Positions 21,153-30,609 of a stretch of 64,000 nucleotides of DNA are shown here, piece by piece (position 1 is the first letter of the stretch; every line of letters begins with the position of its first letter). The stretch is from an uncultured bacterium. Its GTDB lineage: Bacteria > Verrucomicrobiota > Verrucomicrobiia > Limisphaerales > UBA8199. The translations under genes and the position numbers were made by a program. The notes under the pieces are model-generated. The model was not told the origin of the DNA. It saw nothing but the letters and a program-made list of their open reading frames with translations, and did no database searches. Where the stretch lies: positions 224,001-288,000 of the forward strand of contig CAVVMW010000012.1 of the NCBI GenBank assembly GCA_963749495.1. Reading direction: 5' to 3'.

Positions 21153-22469
21153 ATGAACGAGTATTCCGATACACCAGTTGCGGCGACGGCGCCCAACGTC
21201 CCGGAGGCTCGTTTTGTCTGCACGCAGCCGGCCATGGCGGACGCTAACGACGCGCTGCAGGCCCTGCTGGACAATGCCCCGGACGCCATCTACTTCAAAG
21301 ACCGCCACTCCCGTTTCGTTCACTTCAGCAAGTCCTTTCAGCGGATCTTCGGCGTGGACGACCTCGAGTCCATTCGCGGCAAGACCGATTTCGATTTTTT
21401 CACCGAGGAGCACGCCCGGGCCGCCTACGAGGACGAGCAGGAAATCCTCCGCACCGGCCAGCCGATTCTCGGGAAACTGGAGAAACAGACGCCCCTGGAC
21501 GGGCGGGTCAGTTGGGTATTGACCACCAAGATGCCCTGGTACGACAGGAAGGGCAACCTCATCGGCACCTTCGGCATCTCCAAAGACGCCACGGTCCTCA
21601 AGCGAGCCGAGATGGAACTGGAGAGCGCCCACCAGCGCCTTGTGGAAACCTCGCGCCTGGCCGGCATGGCCGAAGTGGCCAGCGACGTCCTCCACAACGT
21701 CGGCAATACCCTCAACAGCATCAATGTCTCCGCCAGCCTGGTCATTGACGCTATCAAGCAACTGAATTTCAACAACGTCGCCCGCATCCCGGCGCTGCTC
21801 CAGGAAAACGCCGGCCAGCTCGACGAGTTCCTGACCACCGATGCGCGGGGCAAGCACATCCCCCAGTACCTGGCCAGCGTCCCGGCCAAGCTCGAGGAGC
21901 AAAAGGGTTACGTGCTCCGGGAACTCGAACAACTGCGCCGGCACGTCGATCACGTCAACCAGATCGTCGCCATGCAGCAGAGCTACGCCAAGGTTGCCGG
22001 TGTGCAGGAACTGGTCGACCTCGCCCAGTTGGTCGAGGACGCCCTCCACATCAACGCCGGCGCCCTGCAGCGGCACACCATCCGCTACCAGCGCGACCTC
22101 GAACCCCTGCCCCCCATCCTGGTCGATAAACACAAGGTCCTCCAAATCCTCATCAACCTCATCCGCAACGCCAAATACGCCTTGAGCGAGTCCCCGTCCG
22201 CCGACAAGCTCCTCACCCTGCGCGCCCGCCGCGCCCAGGACGGCCAGGTCCAAATCCAAGTCGTGGACAATGGCGTCGGCATCCCCCCGGAGAATCTCAC
22301 CCGCATCTTTGCCCACGGCTTCACCACCCGCCCCAACGGCCACGGCTTCGGCCTCCACAGCAGCGCCCTGGCCGCCCGCGAACTGGGCGGCGCCCTCTCC
22401 GCCCATAGCGACGGCCCGGGCCGCGGCGCCACCTTCACCCTCACCCTGCCCTTTAGAACGACCGAGTGA
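21153..22469 (+). CDS. Soluble PAS-domain sensor histidine kinase (orphan)
   Basis: PAS (DAIYFKD, GKTDFDFF, GTFGISKD), H-box DVLHNVGNTLN, N-box QILINLIRNA, DNGVGI, FTT, GHGFGL. Confidence 0.92.
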   Translation: MNEYSDTPVAATAPNVPEARFVCTQPAMADANDALQALLDNAPDAIYFKDRHSRFVHFSKSFQRIFGVDDLESIRGKTDFDFFTEEHARAAYEDEQEILRTGQPILGKLEKQTPLDGRVSWVLTTKMPWYDRKGNLIGTFGISKDATVLKRAEMELESAHQRLVETSRLAGMAEVASDVLHNVGNTLNSINVSASLVIDAIKQLNFNNVARIPALLQENAGQLDEFLTTDARGKHIPQYLASVPAKLEEQKGYVLRELEQLRRHVDHVNQIVAMQQSYAKVAGVQELVDLAQLVEDALHINAGALQRHTIRYQRDLEPLPPILVDKHKVLQILINLIRNAKYALSESPSADKLLTLRARRAQDGQVQIQVVDNGVGIPPENLTRIFAHGFTTRPNGHGFGLHSSALAARELGGALSAHSDGPGRGATFTLTLPFRTTE

Positions 22470-22482
22470 ACCGGTGTCGGAA

Positions 22483-22597
22483 CCTTTGTCGCAACCTTTG
22501 TCGCAGCCTTTGTCGACTTGGCCCTTCTTCGACAGAGGTTGCGACAAAGGCTGCGACAAAGGTTGCGACAAAGGTTGCGACAAAGGCTGCGACAAAG
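22483..22597. repeat. Inverted array of 12-bp tandem repeats (G[T/C]TGCGACAAAG)
   Basis: About 3 reverse units CCTTTGTCGCA[A/G], a short spacer, then 5 forward units; located between convergent genes. Confidence 0.9.
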
Positions 22598-22624
22598 TTG
22601 GTTGCCGCGATGGGCCCCAGCCGC

Positions 22625-24002
22625 TTATCGAGGCTCGACGGACAGGCCCTGGACGTGTTCGCCCACTTGCAGCCGCTCTGAGCCGGCGGTGAGCTTTTCG
22701 CCGAGGATCTCGATGCCGGCAAGGGAAACGTTGCGCACCTGGTGCTGCTCGTCCGCGCCGCTGAGTTGCGCGCGATAGGCCCCGGGTTTGCCTGTCACGG
22801 TCACGTTGCGGAAACGCACGTCCTGGATGTGGCCCGGCACTTTCCGGCGCATATACTGGTTGACCACGGGCTTGAGCCGGAGCAGCTCGTTCTGGCCCTC
22901 GCCGTTGAGGCGCACGTCCTGGACCGTCACGTCCTCCAGCCGCATCTCCTCGCCCGGCTCGAACAGGAACGGCGTCATCGAGAAGTGAATGATGTCCAGG
23001 TTGCGCAAGGTGATGCCCCGCATGAAAGGCGCCCGGCTCTCGTGCCCGAGCAGGAAATCCGCGCCCGGTCGCACCACAGCGTGCAGTCCTGGACTGTCAC
23101 CCGCTCGACGTTGCTGTTGGGCCCGGCGAGCTCCAGGCCCTTGAGCGCCACGCAATCGTCGTCGCTGCGAATGAAGCAATCCGTGATGAGCACGTCCTGG
23201 GAGTTGCACGGGTTGATGCCGTCGTCGTTCTGCACCCGCCCCCCGCAGATCTTCACCCCCCGCACTGTGACCTGGCGGCTGTCCCGCGGCACGATCGTCC
23301 AATGCGATGCGCCCCGGACCGTGATGCCGCTGACCTCGACGTTGGTGCCGCGAATGGCGACCACTTGGGGCGTCGGCCCTCGGCGCCACTCGAAATCGGA
23401 GCTGTCGAGGATGCCCCGGCCGGTGATGCGGATGTTCTGGCCTTCCGCCGCCACGCCGCCTTTGACCACAGCCCCGCCGGCCAGGTAAAGCGTTTGGTTA
23501 TTGGTCAGGACGATCTTCCCGGGTTTGTGAACGCCCGGCCCGAAATAGATGACGCCCGGCGCCCCGGGCTGGGGCGGGCGCTCTTCCAGCGGATTGGCGA
23601 AGAGCAGCAGCGGCCCCTTTTTCCCGTCCGGCTCCAGGCTCAGCTTGAGCGGGCCCGGCAGCGACAGGACCAGGGTGTGGTCCCCTTCCGGACGCAATGT
23701 CACGTCCGGGCGCGCCGGGCGAACCACCGTCTCCCGCAAAGAGCGTTTCGAGGTGATGCGCACCTCGACCGCCCCTGCCATGTCGAAATTGGCGAACGAG
23801 TAGGCCCCGCCGTAATCATATTCCTTGCCGGCGAACGGCGGGTCGAGCACGCGCGCAGTATAGACATCCACTTTCTGGCCGCCGGCCTGGACCTCGTAAT
23901 CCGGCGAGAGGGCCTCCCCGCCGGCGCCGGGTAAGTCACCACCTCGGCCCCGGCCGCAACCGCCGCCGCACCGCACACCAAGGAGCAGAAGATCGCTTTC
24001 AT
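22625..24002 (-). CDS. Secreted pectin-lyase-fold glycoside hydrolase (GH28-like), two homopolymer frameshifts (~23915, ~23055)
   Basis: Signal peptide MKAIFCSLVCGAAAVAAGA; IYFGPGVH, LYLAGGAVVKG, ITGRGIL, NDDGINPCNS, FIRSDDDCVALK. Confidence 0.8.
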
Positions 24003-24046
24003 GCCCTCAGTAAGACCGAAAACCGGGCGAAAGACAATCACTCGTT

Positions 24047-24394
24047 CTAATTCACCTTCAGCCGTTTGAGTGCGCGGCGGATTTTGGTGACCAGCCAGTC
24101 CTGGTAAATGCTGCCGAACCAGTTCTGGGCGGTGGTGGGGTCCTGGAGCGACCGGGCCTCCTGCTCCTTGAGCAAATGAATGTCGTCGACGTGGAACAAT
24201 TTCTCGTGGGCGTCATCCTCGCCATCCGTGACGGGATGGAGCAGGCGGTCGTCCCAAACCACGGTCTTGTCCCGGTTATCAGCGGAGACATGACTGGAGG
24301 GCGTGCTGGAGATGCGGCCGGTCTTGAGGTTGACGTTGCCGCTGTGGACTTCGACGATGACGACGCGTTCGCCATAGACCGCGCTTCCATTCAT
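24047..24394 (-). CDS. Hypothetical protein (115 aa)
   Basis: High-GC3 codon pattern, AGAAAGG SD-like motif upstream, near-consensus promoter further upstream. Confidence 0.6.
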   Translation of the reverse strand: MNGSAVYGERVVIVEVHSGNVNLKTGRISSTPSSHVSADNRDKTVVWDDRLLHPVTDGEDDAHEKLFHVDDIHLLKEQEARSLQDPTTAQNWFGSIYQDWLVTKIRRALKRLKVN

Positions 24395-24552
24395 AGGAGT
24401 GCCTTTCTCATGGTTGACAGGTGGGAGGTGTGGGGTTGGAGCCGGGTTTCCAGCCGCTGCCCGGACAGAGGCCTCCCGGGGCCGGGAGAGGCCGGACAGC
24501 GTCATGGCGGCTGCGGGCTTGCACAGTGAGTTAGCAAGTAAACCTATTGGCC

Positions 24553-24580
24553 ATATTAGAGGGACTTCGAGTCATGTCAA
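24553..24580 (-). promoter_or_regulatory. Sigma70-like promoter
   Basis: Minus strand TTGACA-16-TAATAT inside an AT-rich patch. Confidence 0.6.
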
Positions 24581-24687
24581 CGAGAATCTCTTAACATATA
24601 TTGTGACCATACTCGCAATTCATCCTCCGGGAGCTTTATGAAGCAGGCCGTTGGGCAGTTGTGTTCGGCACGTCTGTCCCCATCGAA

Positions 24688-24790
24688 GCCAAAGCGCGGG
24701 AATGCCGCGCACTCCAAGGGCTTCGCCATCTCGGATGCGCTTCCATTGTTCGCGAAGGGTCTGGAGTGCGGCGCATTCCCCCGCTTTGGC
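24688..24790. repeat. REP-like inverted repeat (TGGAGTGCG...CGCTTT variant)
   Basis: GCCAAAGCGCGGGAATGCCGCGCACTCCA / TGGAGTGCGGCGCATTCCCCCGCTTTGGC near-complementary arms. Confidence 0.75.
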
Positions 24791-24934
24791 CTTCCAGAAA
24801 CTCTGCTTTGTCAACAACCCAGACGCCCGGACGCCCCCCCTTGTGAAGTCCATTACCTGCCCTTTTGTCCTTGGCGAAAGTGGGTGGATAGCTATACTGG
24901 CCTTCGTTTAACCGGAGCGAGGCAGGCGCGCGGG

Positions 24935-25687
24935 ATGTCAAAGGCAACTGACAGCGGGACGTGTTCATCTGGCCAGGGCGATTGGTTCACCACCACCCAT
25001 TGGAGTGTAGTGCTCAGCGCGCGCGATCCGGCCTCGCCGCTGGCCACTGAGGCTTTGAACAAGCTTTGCCGCGTTTACTGGTACCCCCTCTACGCTTATG
25101 TTCGACGGCAGGGGCACGACGAAGAATCGGCGAAGGACCTGACACAGGAGTTTTTTGCGCGTCTCGTCCAGAAGAATTACCTGGGGCAAGTCCAGCCCGC
25201 AAAAGGCAAGTTCCGCTCGTTTCTCCTGGCAGCACTGAGGCATTTCCTCTCAGATGAATGGGACCGGGTGCGGGCCGCGAAACGCGGGGGAGGCCAGACC
25301 TTCATTTCGTTGGACGAGCAAATGCCCGAAGGGCGTTATCGCCTGGAGCCGGTCGATGAACTGAATGCCGAGAGGATCTTCGAGCGGCGGTGGGCCCTCA
25401 CTCTGCTGGAACAGGCGCGGGAGCGTTTGCGCGAGGAGTACGTCCGCATCGGCAAAGCCGAACAATACGAACGGTTGAAGGTTTTCGAGGCGGCCGACGG
25501 GGACGCCCCGAGTTATGCCGAAGTCGGCGCGCAACTGGACATGACGCTGGGGGCGGTCAAATCGGCGGTCCATCGGTTGCGCGCTCGGTATCACGAGCTT
25601 GTACGGGACGAAATCGCCCATACTGTCGCCAGTCCGGCTGAGATTGATGAGGAAATTCAATATCTGATCGGCGTGATAGGCAAGTGA
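24935..25687 (+). CDS. ECF sigma-70 factor of the Ser/Thr-kinase-associated type
   Basis: FTTTHWSVVL, YWYPLYAYVRR, AKDLTQEFF, GKFRSFLL, KRGGG, region 4 SYAEVGAQLDMTLGAVKSAVHRLR; kinase gene directly downstream. Confidence 0.9.
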   Translation: MSKATDSGTCSSGQGDWFTTTHWSVVLSARDPASPLATEALNKLCRVYWYPLYAYVRRQGHDEESAKDLTQEFFARLVQKNYLGQVQPAKGKFRSFLLAALRHFLSDEWDRVRAAKRGGGQTFISLDEQMPEGRYRLEPVDELNAERIFERRWALTLLEQARERLREEYVRIGKAEQYERLKVFEAADGDAPSYAEVGAQLDMTLGAVKSAVHRLRARYHELVRDEIAHTVASPAEIDEEIQYLIGVIGK

Positions 25688-25792
25688 CGCTGGATGGCGG
25701 GTGCCGAGCGGAGCCCGAGATCCCGCGGAACTTTTTGTTGGCATTTCCTCTATAAGATGGTGAGAAACCACGCCTGAGAGAAAGACGAGCCA

Positions 25793-28700
25793 ATGGCGGG
25801 AGCACGAGAATGCGCGGTCTGCGGAGCAACGCTGCCCAGCGAAGTGCCAGCGGGCTCCTGTCCTGTTTGCGCCCTGCGTGGCGCGCTGGCCGCCGCCAGC
25901 GCGCGGCAGCAGGGGGCTCCGGGGCCTGTTGCCAGTGCCGAACCACCCATTCACGAACCGAGTGGAGCCAGGGTGCGCTACTTTGGCGACTACGAATTAC
26001 TCGAAGAGATCGGTCGCGGCGGCATGGGCGTGGTCTTGAGAGCCCGCCAAATGAGCCTGAAACGCCCCGTGGCTGTGAAAATGATCCTGACCGGCCAACT
26101 GGCCAGCGAGGCGGACGTAAGGCGGTTCCATGCCGAGGCCGAAGCAGCCGCTAATCTCGATCACCCAAACATCGTCGCCATCTACGAGGTTGGCGAGCAC
26201 CAGGGACAGCACTATTTCAGCATGCAGTTGGTTGAGGGGGAAGACCTTGCGACGCGGATGTCCGCGTCCGAACGCCCGCTCGCGAGCAGTGCCGCGGCGG
26301 GGTTGGTGGCCAAGGTGGCTCGGGCCGTGCATTACGCGCACCGGCGGGGCATTTTGCACCGGGACCTCAAGCCGGCAAACGTCTTGCTGGACGCAAAGGG
26401 GGAACCGCACGTGACGGATTTCGGTCTGGCCAAGCGATTGGGGCGGCGCGGCACGGTGACCCTGAGTGAATCAACCGCAGGCACACCCAGCTTTATGGCC
26501 CCGGAACAAGCTTCCGGGAAGGCGCCGCGTCCGACCACGGCCGTGGACATCTACAGTCTGGGCGCCATACTCTACTACCTGTTGACCAAACGGCCGCCCT
26601 TTGGCCCTGCGATGCTTCTGGAGACTTTGCGCCGGGTGGCGGAGGAGGAGCCTGCCCGCCCCAGCGCGCTCAACCAGGGCATCGATCGTGACGTGGAGAC
26701 GATCTGTCTGAAGTGTCTTGAAAAAGACCCCAACCACCGCTACGGCTCAGCCGAGGCCTTGGCCGAGGATTTCAAGCGCTGGCTGCGCCATGAACCGATC
26801 CGGGCCCGGCGGGTGACGCTTTTTGAACGGGGCATAAAATGGGCCAGACGAAAGCCCACGGTTGCGGGCCTGCTCGTTGGGTTGGCGCTGGTAGCGGCGC
26901 TCGGCTCCGCGGGGGTGGCGTGGCAGTCCCGCCAGGCGAAAAAGGAGCGGAAGCGAGCGGAGGAGAACTTTGGCCGGATGCAAATTCACAGGGCGGAAGC
27001 GCTGCTCGAGGCGCAGAATCCTGCGCCGGCTGTGGCTTGCCTGGCCCAAGTGTTGCGTGAGAACCCAAGTGACCGCGTCGCCGCTGGACGCCTGGTGTCT
27101 GTGTTGACTTGCCGCAACTTCGGCTTGCCGGTCGCGCTGCCCATCAACGTGGCACACTCGTCTGCACACGCGCTCCGAATGAACCTGAACTCATCCACCT
27201 TCGACGTGGCCGGCCAACGAATGGTTCTGCAAGTCGAGAGCAACAGCGTTTGCGTCTGGGATGCTGACACCGGCCAACCACTGCCCACAGCGCTCAAGCA
27301 CCGAGGCGCCGTCAATTCGGCGCGCCTGAGTCCGGATGGGGAGAGCCTGGTGACCGCGTCGAGCGATCACACGGCCATTCTATGGGACGCGCGGACCGGC
27401 GCGCCATTGTTCGAACCGCTCAAACACACCGAGGCTGTGCTCTTTGCCAGCTTCAGCCCCAACGGGCTGCTCGTCGTCACCGTTTGCCGGGACACGACGG
27501 CGCGGGTGTGGAGTGCCCGCACAGGCCGGCCCCTGGCCGATCCGCTCAAACATGATGGCGTGGTCACTTTCGCCCGGTTCAGTCCTGGCGCAGAGCGGTT
27601 GATCACGGGCTGGGGAGAAAGGGTGGCGCGGGTTTGGGACACTCGGACAGGGGCGCTCGCCTGGGAGACACGCGGGCACACCGGCGCCGTTACCGATGCG
27701 CAATTCAGCCCCGATGGGCAGCGCGTCATTACCGCTTCGCAAGACAGCACTGCGCGGATTTGGGATGCCAGCACCGGGCGGCTGTTGATTGAACCATTGT
27801 TCCACCAGGATCAGAAGCCGGCCCCATCCAGCCGCAGTCAAGGGGTCACCTCTGCGAAGTTCAGCCCGGACAGCACTCGAGTGCTGACCGTTTGCGCTTA
27901 CTCAACCGTAGCGGCGGGCGGCCCTCGTTACTCTGTTCACCTGTGGGATGTTGTGGCCAATCCGCCGGCACCCACGCTCCTGGTAGCCGATGGCGAGCCT
28001 TGCCCGGACCTCAGCCCGGATGGACAGCGGGTGGTGACGGCCAATGATACGACGGCGAGGATCTGGAATGGCCGCACCGCCGACCAGTTACGCCAACCGC
28101 TCCTGCACGACGGCCAGGTGTTTTCGGCGGTGTTCAGCCCGGATGGGCAATGGATCGCCACCGTATCACAAGACAAGACCGCACGGGTTTGGGATGCCCA
28201 GACCGGCCAACCCATCAGTCAGCCCCTTAGGCACGCGGCGGCGCCCTTTTGTGCCCGGTTCACCGGCGATGGCCGGCGGCTGGTTACGGTTAGCGCCGGG
28301 CACGTGATGATCTGGAATGTCCAATTCGGCCAGGCGCTCTCCGAACTATTCCAGCAGCCCAGGGGGAAGTCGCCCGCCGTCTCTGACATTGAATTCAGTC
28401 CGGACGGCCGGCAAATCCTCACCGCCTGCCTCGACAACGCCGCACGGCTCTGGGATGCGCGCGGCCGCAAGCCTCTCGACACCGCTTTTTCGCACTCGGG
28501 CCCTATCGCCGCGGTCCAGTTCAGTCCGGACGGCGGGCAAGTGCTCACCGCCTCGGCGGACCAGACGGCGCGCGTATGGGACGCGCGCTCGGGCCGGGCG
28601 CTGGTCGAGTTGCGCCAGCATGAGGGCCCCGTGAGGTGCGCGCGATTCAGTCCCGATGGCAAGCTCGTCGTGACCGGTTGTGCAGATTGGGCCGCTCGGA

Positions 28701-30328
28701 TTTGGGACGCCCGCACTGGCCGGCTTGTCGCGCCACCGCTCAAGCATGCCGGGGAGGTAAATGCGCTCGCTTTCAGCCCAGAGGGGCAACGCCTCGTCAC
28801 AGCCTCGGCCGACCAAACCGCCCGGATTTGGGACTCGCACACGGGCCGGGCTTTGACTGAGCCGCTCAGACACGATGGCCGGGTGGCCAGCGCGCAATTC
28901 AGTCCAGATGGCAGGGTCCTGGCCACCGCGTCCTGGGACAAGACTGCACGTCTGTGGGACGCGCGCACCGGCCGGCCCCTCACTGAGCCGCTGAGGCACG
29001 ATGACGCCGTGAACGGAGCCCGCTTTAGCCCGGATGGAAAACGGCTGGTGACTGCTTCCGACAACAAGACGGCGCGCGTGTGGGACGCCTCCAGCGGCCA
29101 TTTGCTGACGCCACCCCTGAGGCATCGGGCCGAGGTTAAGGCCGCCCGGTTCAGCCCCGACGGAGGGCAGGTCCTGACAACGTGCTGGGGGAGTCTGCGG
29201 CTCTGGGATGCCCAAACGGGCCAACCGCTGACCGACTCCCTCACACTGGACGTCCGGTGCGTCGAGTTCGACCCGGCGGGACAGTGGCTGATTGTCGGTT
29301 GCTACTCCGGCTTGAGGCGGCTGGAAATTCCAGCCGCCTCGGTACCCGTTCCTGGCTGGCTTCCGGAATTGGCCGAAGCGATCGCCGGACAGAGATTGCC
29401 CAGCGAGCGCACCGTTCAACCGGCTCCGCTGGAGGAGTTTTTCCGGCTGAGGGGTGGCCTATCGGCTTCTCTCAGCTCCGATCCCTATACTCGATGGGCC
29501 AAATGGCTCCTCGCCGACCGCCGCACCCGCGCGCTCTCGCCCGCTTCCCCTCTCACCTTGCCCGAATACATTCAACAGCGGGAGCAGGAGAAGACCTGGG
29601 ACGGACTCTACGAAGCGGTCCGCGAAGTGGGCTGCTACGAGGCGGTCGTGGGAACGCGCCATGCGGCAGCCGCAGGCTTGGTGTCCAACGCCCTGGCCAC
29701 TATCCAGATACCCGGCATCGCGAATACGGCAGAGGGCGGCGCGAGTCCGGACCCGCATTGGTGGATGACCGCCGCCCCGGCTGAGGCGCGCCTGACCCTG
29801 CCGATGAGAGCCCTCAAGATTGATCAAAACTCCTCGATCGCTCCCTGGACCGACAAGAAATTCAATTGGGCCAGCCGCGACGAGTCAACGCTCCGCCAGA
29901 TCGACCCCGGCCCGCCGCCGGCCTATCAAAATGACGATTCGGGCTGGATCAGCTTCAATCACTTCGGCGGCGCGCCCGGGGTGCGGGGCGACGCCCCCTA
30001 CGGCTACTACACTTACACGCTGAGCTTCGATCTCACCGGCTTCAGGCCGGACAGCGCCGTGATCAAGGGCCGCTGGTGGTCAGACAATAGCAGCAAGCTC
30101 AGGATCAACCAGGCAGATGTTGACGGACTGATTGAACCGCCGGAGTTCGCGCCACAGCACCTGGGCAAAGCCTTCGACGTTCCCGCCAAGCTCCTGCACC
30201 CTGGAACGAATACGCTGACCTTCGAGGTCCTCAACGAATGGAACGAGCTGGGCACCACCGGCCTGCGGGTGGATTTCAGCCAGGCCACCGCAGAACCGGC
30301 CGCCTCGCCGGCCGACAACAAGAGGTGA
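25793..30328 (+). CDS. Membrane Ser/Thr protein kinase with many WD40 repeats and a C-terminal beta-sandwich domain
   Basis: N-terminal CxxC..CxxC, IGRGGMGVV, VAVK, HRDLKPAN, DFGLAK, GTPSFMAPE, one TM, repeated FSPDG..TAS.D.TAR.WD, terminal domain with GTNTLTFEV..GLRV. Confidence 0.92.
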   Translation: MAGARECAVCGATLPSEVPAGSCPVCALRGALAAASARQQGAPGPVASAEPPIHEPSGARVRYFGDYELLEEIGRGGMGVVLRARQMSLKRPVAVKMILTGQLASEADVRRFHAEAEAAANLDHPNIVAIYEVGEHQGQHYFSMQLVEGEDLATRMSASERPLASSAAAGLVAKVARAVHYAHRRGILHRDLKPANVLLDAKGEPHVTDFGLAKRLGRRGTVTLSESTAGTPSFMAPEQASGKAPRPTTAVDIYSLGAILYYLLTKRPPFGPAMLLETLRRVAEEEPARPSALNQGIDRDVETICLKCLEKDPNHRYGSAEALAEDFKRWLRHEPIRARRVTLFERGIKWARRKPTVAGLLVGLALVAALGSAGVAWQSRQAKKERKRAEENFGRMQIHRAEALLEAQNPAPAVACLAQVLRENPSDRVAAGRLVSVLTCRNFGLPVALPINVAHSSAHALRMNLNSSTFDVAGQRMVLQVESNSVCVWDADTGQPLPTALKHRGAVNSARLSPDGESLVTASSDHTAILWDARTGAPLFEPLKHTEAVLFASFSPNGLLVVTVCRDTTARVWSARTGRPLADPLKHDGVVTFARFSPGAERLITGWGERVARVWDTRTGALAWETRGHTGAVTDAQFSPDGQRVITASQDSTARIWDASTGRLLIEPLFHQDQKPAPSSRSQGVTSAKFSPDSTRVLTVCAYSTVAAGGPRYSVHLWDVVANPPAPTLLVADGEPCPDLSPDGQRVVTANDTTARIWNGRTADQLRQPLLHDGQVFSAVFSPDGQWIATVSQDKTARVWDAQTGQPISQPLRHAAAPFCARFTGDGRRLVTVSAGHVMIWNVQFGQALSELFQQPRGKSPAVSDIEFSPDGRQILTACLDNAARLWDARGRKPLDTAFSHSGPIAAVQFSPDGGQVLTASADQTARVWDARSGRALVELRQHEGPVRCARFSPDGKLVVTGCADWAARIWDARTGRLVAPPLKHAGEVNALAFSPEGQRLVTASADQTARIWDSHTGRALTEPLRHDGRVASAQFSPDGRVLATASWDKTARLWDARTGRPLTEPLRHDDAVNGARFSPDGKRLVTASDNKTARVWDASSGHLLTPPLRHRAEVKAARFSPDGGQVLTTCWGSLRLWDAQTGQPLTDSLTLDVRCVEFDPAGQWLIVGCYSGLRRLEIPAASVPVPGWLPELAEAIAGQRLPSERTVQPAPLEEFFRLRGGLSASLSSDPYTRWAKWLLADRRTRALSPASPLTLPEYIQQREQEKTWDGLYEAVREVGCYEAVVGTRHAAAAGLVSNALATIQIPGIANTAEGGASPDPHWWMTAAPAEARLTLPMRALKIDQNSSIAPWTDKKFNWASRDESTLRQIDPGPPPAYQNDDSGWISFNHFGGAPGVRGDAPYGYYTYTLSFDLTGFRPDSAVIKGRWWSDNSSKLRINQADVDGLIEPPEFAPQHLGKAFDVPAKLLHPGTNTLTFEVLNEWNELGTTGLRVDFSQATAEPAASPADNKR

Positions 30329-30430
30329 ATGGTTGCCCGGACCCTCAGAATTCCAGAAAATTCCCGCAACTTTTCCTCGCGTTTTCCTCTGTACAACGCG
30401 GAACCAGGGCGCAATGGAAAGTGCCGTTCC

Positions 30431-30503
30431 ATAGGAGCGCGGACGCCTCGTCCGCGCGGCTCTGGCGGCAACAAATGCGCGGACGGGGAGTCCGCGCTCA
30501 TAT
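30431..30503. repeat. REP doublet, TAGGAGCGCGGAC family, copy 2
   Basis: ATAGGAGCGCGGACGCCTCGTCCGCG...CGCGGACGGGGAGTCCGCGCTCATAT. Confidence 0.8.
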
Positions 30504-30609
30504 GTGCGACCTGAACAGTTACGAATCGTCAAGCCCAGCGGCCCTTGCTCCGCCTTTGTGGCAAGCCGAACGAATCAGAACGTGCAGCATCAATGAACAG
30601 GATAGTCCC

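Noticed and set aside
22483..22597. Possible CRISPR array
   Set aside because: Units are 12 bp, contiguous and lack spacers; no cas genes in the window.
24638..24934. 100-aa N-terminal extension of the ECF sigma factor
   Set aside because: Runs through a REP element; ATG 24935 precedes the conserved FTTTHWS motif at normal spacing.
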